Of a stretch of 64,000 bases of DNA, positions 61,095 through 64,000 are shown piece after piece. The notes under the pieces were generated by a model, which saw only the letters and a list, made by a program, of their open reading frames with translations, ran no database searches and had not been told where the DNA came from. Each line of letters begins with the position of its first letter. Within the stretch, counting starts at the first letter, position 1. The translations under genes were made by a program, and so were the position numbers. The stretch lies in the sequence record MZ574431.2; one strand, given 5' to 3'.

Positions 61095-61158
61095 TGGAGC
61101 CTCCCTTTACTCAGAACGAGGACTGCGTATCAGCCCCGCTTGAGCGACGCGAGAGAAA

Positions 61159-61545
61159 TCATTGTGACGCCGCAGCTTTCGCCGCCTTGCGTGCTTTGAC
61201 TTCGGCGGTCCGCTCAGCCATGAAGGCCTCGCCCTCGACGCGGTTGCGCCACGTCTCGCGATGCTCCAGCAGGAAGGCGTAGCCGGCCTCCGAAAGGCGA
61301 TAGACCTTCGAACCCTTCCGTCCACGGAAGGTCTTGTTGAGGTACTCGGGCAGATTGACGTGCCCGCGCTGGCAGAAGTCCACCAACCCGCGCTTGGCCA
61401 GCTTGGCCAGGGTGCCGGAATGGTGAGAGCCATTCGTGCCGCCGACCTCCTGGGTCGTATGCCACTTGATCGGGTCGTCCCGCCACAGCGGGGCCAGTTC
61501 GTTGAGCGTGTCCAGGTCCCGCTCGGTCAGGGGTTGCAAGGCCAT
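61159..61545 (-). CDS. Putative winged-helix protein
   Basis: TTQEVGG...SGTLAKLAKRGLV...YRLSEAG. Confidence 0.6.
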   Translation of the reverse strand: MALQPLTERDLDTLNELAPLWRDDPIKWHTTQEVGGTNGSHHSGTLAKLAKRGLVDFCQRGHVNLPEYLNKTFRGRKGSKVYRLSEAGYAFLLEHRETWRNRVEGEAFMAERTAEVKARKAAKAAASQ

Positions 61546-61546
61546 G

Positions 61547-61795
61547 TCAGTAGTCCATGTCCATGACGACGGTGAAGGCGACGCTGCCGTCGGTCAGGGT
61601 CTCCTTGACCACCTTGATGGCCTTGACCTCACGCCCGGAACGGTCCTGGGCGTAGAACGACAGATTGTTCTCGGGGTCCTCGTTCTCGCAGAGGTCTTGA
61701 GCCGCTTGCAGGGCTTGGATTAGATCGTAGGTCCAACCCAGGCCCTCGCCGTCGTCGCCGGCCGTTTCGAAGATGGTTTCCTTGCTCATGGTCAC
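61547..61795 (-). CDS. Hypothetical protein
   Basis: ORF track; coupled. Confidence 0.65.
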   Translation of the reverse strand: MTMSKETIFETAGDDGEGLGWTYDLIQALQAAQDLCENEDPENNLSFYAQDRSGREVKAIKVVKETLTDGSVAFTVVMDMDY

Positions 61796-62376
61796 TCCTT
61801 GCTGGCGAGCGCCAGGGCCTCGGCTTCAAGGCGCGCGGCCTTGTCGCGGAGGACGCCGGCGCCTTGGGACGGCGAAAGCAGCCGGGCGGTGTCGCGCAGT
61901 TCCTGGGCCGAGCGGCGCAGGCTGGCGATCTCGATGTCGATCTGGTTGGACGGTTCGGCGGGCACCAGGATCACCTGGACCTTGCGGTCGTAGTCACGCG
62001 ACTGCTTGCGCACCTTGGTGCGGATCGGCTTGCGCTTGACGCCGTCATGGCTGTCGTGGTGGAAGGTGTAGAGCCACGTCACCATCCCCGGCGTCTCGCT
62101 GGGGACCCGCATGTCCTTGCGACGCAGCGGGAACTTTGGCGGCTCGATCCGCGTCCAGCGATCGTCGAAAGGGATCGCCGGCTCAAAGGTCTTGGGACCA
62201 CCCTCGGGAGGGCTCTCGCGGCCGATCTTGACCCCGGATGGATCGAAAAAGGCCACGTCCATCAGAACGTCGTCGCCGCACCAGTAGGATTGACGCACCT
62301 TGCCGATGGTGATGTTGCCGTCGTGGACCTCGGCGACCCAGTCGCCTTGGACGATCGGCAGTACCTTCTCGGTCAT
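61792..62376 (-). CDS. Hypothetical protein
   Basis: AGGAG RBS; promoter at 62433. Confidence 0.75.
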   Translation of the reverse strand: MTEKVLPIVQGDWVAEVHDGNITIGKVRQSYWCGDDVLMDVAFFDPSGVKIGRESPPEGGPKTFEPAIPFDDRWTRIEPPKFPLRRKDMRVPSETPGMVTWLYTFHHDSHDGVKRKPIRTKVRKQSRDYDRKVQVILVPAEPSNQIDIEIASLRRSAQELRDTARLLSPSQGAGVLRDKAARLEAEALALASKE

Positions 62377-62439
62377 GATGCGGGTGCTCCTGCGGTGGAA
62401 GTTGCGGGTCTTCTATGTCACGAAAAGTGACATGTCAAC

Positions 62440-62601
62440 TCATTTCTTGCACAGTTGCCCGGCCACATAGACCGCCACGCCAACGCCCAGCAGGCCCCAG
62501 ATGAGGGTCGAGCCATGCAGCACGATACGCGAGTGGGACACGTAATAGACGAGGCCAATGGCGATAATAGCGGCAATCACCAAGCCAAACCTGCTGTTCA
62601 T
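62440..62601 (-). CDS. Small membrane protein (53 aa)
   Basis: MNSRFGLVIAAIIAIGLVYYV...; AGGAG RBS; not in the ORF track. Confidence 0.55.
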   Translation of the reverse strand: MNSRFGLVIAAIIAIGLVYYVSHSRIVLHGSTLIWGLLGVGVAVYVAGQLCKK

Positions 62602-62744
62602 GCAATCTCCTGAAACCGATGGGGCGTAAGGCCGTTGAGCCCTGCATTACCCGTTGGTGGACCAGTCCACTGAAAATTGTGTGTGACGTGGATCGTGACC
62701 CTTGTCAACGTCCGCGTCCTGTGTCTAGGTAAGAGGGTCAAGGG

Positions 62745-63212
62745 ATGCAGGCGTCAATGAGTCGATACACGAGCCTTTTTCAAGAGGCGGCCAAGGTGGT
62801 CGACGAAACAGAGCAGCACCCAGGTCAGTCGATTCCCGGCTACTGGGAAATGTCCGATGAGACCTCATGGCCCGTCCTCATCGGCGTGATCATGAGCAAC
62901 GCCATCAATGAGGTCTGCCGTAGGCAGCCAGATTGCGTGTTCGAGCACGCCCTGGAGCGCCTTGTCGAGGTGACATCAGGCGTGCCGATGGTCGTCAAGG
63001 GCGATCCGGCCCAGATCGCGGCCAATCGACTGCGGCTGGCGGCCCAGGCGAATTTCGAGCGGGTTGAAACCGCCGTCGAGCGCTTGACCCGTCTGGCCTC
63101 CCTGGCGGCCGGCGAGTTGAAGAAGCTAGCCCCAAACGACGTCGAGTTGGAAAGACTCGCCAAGGACATTCGCGTGGCCATCGGCGACGCAAAGCATGTG
63201 AGGTTGCAGTGA
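62745..63212 (+). CDS. Hypothetical protein
   Basis: ORF track; divergent from the minus-strand block. Confidence 0.65.
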   Translation: MQASMSRYTSLFQEAAKVVDETEQHPGQSIPGYWEMSDETSWPVLIGVIMSNAINEVCRRQPDCVFEHALERLVEVTSGVPMVVKGDPAQIAANRLRLAAQANFERVETAVERLTRLASLAAGELKKLAPNDVELERLAKDIRVAIGDAKHVRLQ

Positions 63213-63784
63213 CGACGACGAAGGTGAAGTTCAAGGGCTCCAAGCGGTTGGAGCGCCGGCGGCAAGCTCGCCTGATCCAGGCGAGCGATCGGGCCAAGGC
63301 GGTCGTCAGCCCCTATAGCCGCGCGCAGCCGGTCAACAGGCCGTCCCTGCGGCACTTGGACAGCATACCGTCGGTGACGTCCCTGTCGGGTATTCTCGAA
63401 AAGCGCGCCAAGCCCTCACCAACGCCGTTCTACAAGGACCTGCACTGGGTGTCGCCGGCCAAGGATGGCGCCGCCGCCATGGCCATGAAGGTCACCGAGA
63501 TGCCCAAGCCCCATCTCCTGGCGGCGATCAGCCACGAGCGGGACAAGCGCATTGCCTTCACGCGGATGGCGAGCGCATCATACCCAACCGCGATGAACAA
63601 GGAGGCGCGCACCCGCGCCCAGAAAGCCGCCGCCATCCATTGTGCGTGGCTGGTCTGCCTTGAAGCCGAGGCCATGCGCCGCGACCCCTCCTACCAGCAG
63701 TTCATCACCCAGAAGGGTCTTAGCCTGACCCAACCCACGCCGGCGGAGATCGCCGCGCTGCCGTCCGTCTTCGTGGGCTCCTAA
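63209..63784 (+). CDS. Hypothetical basic protein
   Basis: Coupled. Confidence 0.65.
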   Translation: MTTTKVKFKGSKRLERRRQARLIQASDRAKAVVSPYSRAQPVNRPSLRHLDSIPSVTSLSGILEKRAKPSPTPFYKDLHWVSPAKDGAAAMAMKVTEMPKPHLLAAISHERDKRIAFTRMASASYPTAMNKEARTRAQKAAAIHCAWLVCLEAEAMRRDPSYQQFITQKGLSLTQPTPAEIAALPSVFVGS

Positions 63785-63789
63785 AGCCC

Positions 63790-64000
63790 ATGATGTTCGT
63801 CACCCGCTATCGCGTGCCCTCGGGCCGGACCAAGATCACCCAGTGCTTTGCTGATTCGCCTGAACACCTCCAGGAGGTGATCAAGGCCAGGGGCATGGAT
63901 GAGGTCGTCGACGACTCCGGGGTCAAGGTCGCCAAGCCGAAGCTGCCCAGCCAGTGGCTGGACCAGAAGCAGTACGCCAAGGCGATGCACGCCCTCAACT
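63790..64000 (+). CDS. Hypothetical protein (3'-truncated)
   Basis: ATG ATG TTC GTC... open to the window end. Confidence 0.55.
   Translation, partial: MMFVTRYRVPSGRTKITQCFADSPEHLQEVIKARGMDEVVDDSGVKVAKPKLPSQWLDQKQYAKAMHALN

Noticed and set aside
1-64000. Stop-codon reassignment
   Set aside because: Known proteins are full length under the standard code, and TAG, TGA and TAA all end genes; no suppressor tRNA seen

Overview
This is a 64-kb, GC-rich window from a large dsDNA bacteriophage. It is most consistent with a phiCbK-like Caulobacter/alphaproteobacterial phage. That assignment is inferred from the T7-like family-A DNA polymerase, the circularly permuted two-piece tmRNA of alphaproteobacterial type, TTAACCAT CtrA-type boxes and the absence of host housekeeping genes. 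Positions 1-19.8 kb (+) hold a replication and nucleotide-metabolism module: C5 DNA methyltransferase, PolA, DnaQ-like exonuclease, Cas4-like nuclease, SSB-like protein, minimal RNA ligase, RecD/Dda-like helicase, dNMP kinase, ThyX, intein-containing NrdA, NrdB fused to glutaredoxin, dUTPase and an XRE/S24-like regulator. Positions 19.9-21.9 kb are an RNA island with a permuted tmRNA, three tRNAs and about 900 nt of heavily base-paired, apparently non-coding sequence that no named feature explains. Positions 22-35 kb carry a SNF2 helicase, FkbM methyltransferase, tyrosine recombinase, a 1235-aa primase/helicase-like protein and an Rnl1-like RNA ligase. Positions 35.4-62.6 kb (-) are an accessory block: CoaD, DNA ligase, SLOG protein, a truncated class II aminoacyl-tRNA synthetase core, NAMPT plus NadM-Nudix (NAD+ salvage), a Ter/Tel cluster, a nucleoside deoxyribosyltransferase-like protein, an Rmf-like protein and many small hypothetical ORFs. 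Two families of repeated promoter motifs recur across the window. No structural genes, CRISPR array or transposase were recognised. All protein calls come from motif recognition by eye; no database search was run. The best novelty candidates are the unexplained structured ncRNAs beside the tmRNA and tRNAs, the AAGCTA repeat tract, the minimal aaRS and the NrdB-Grx fusion.
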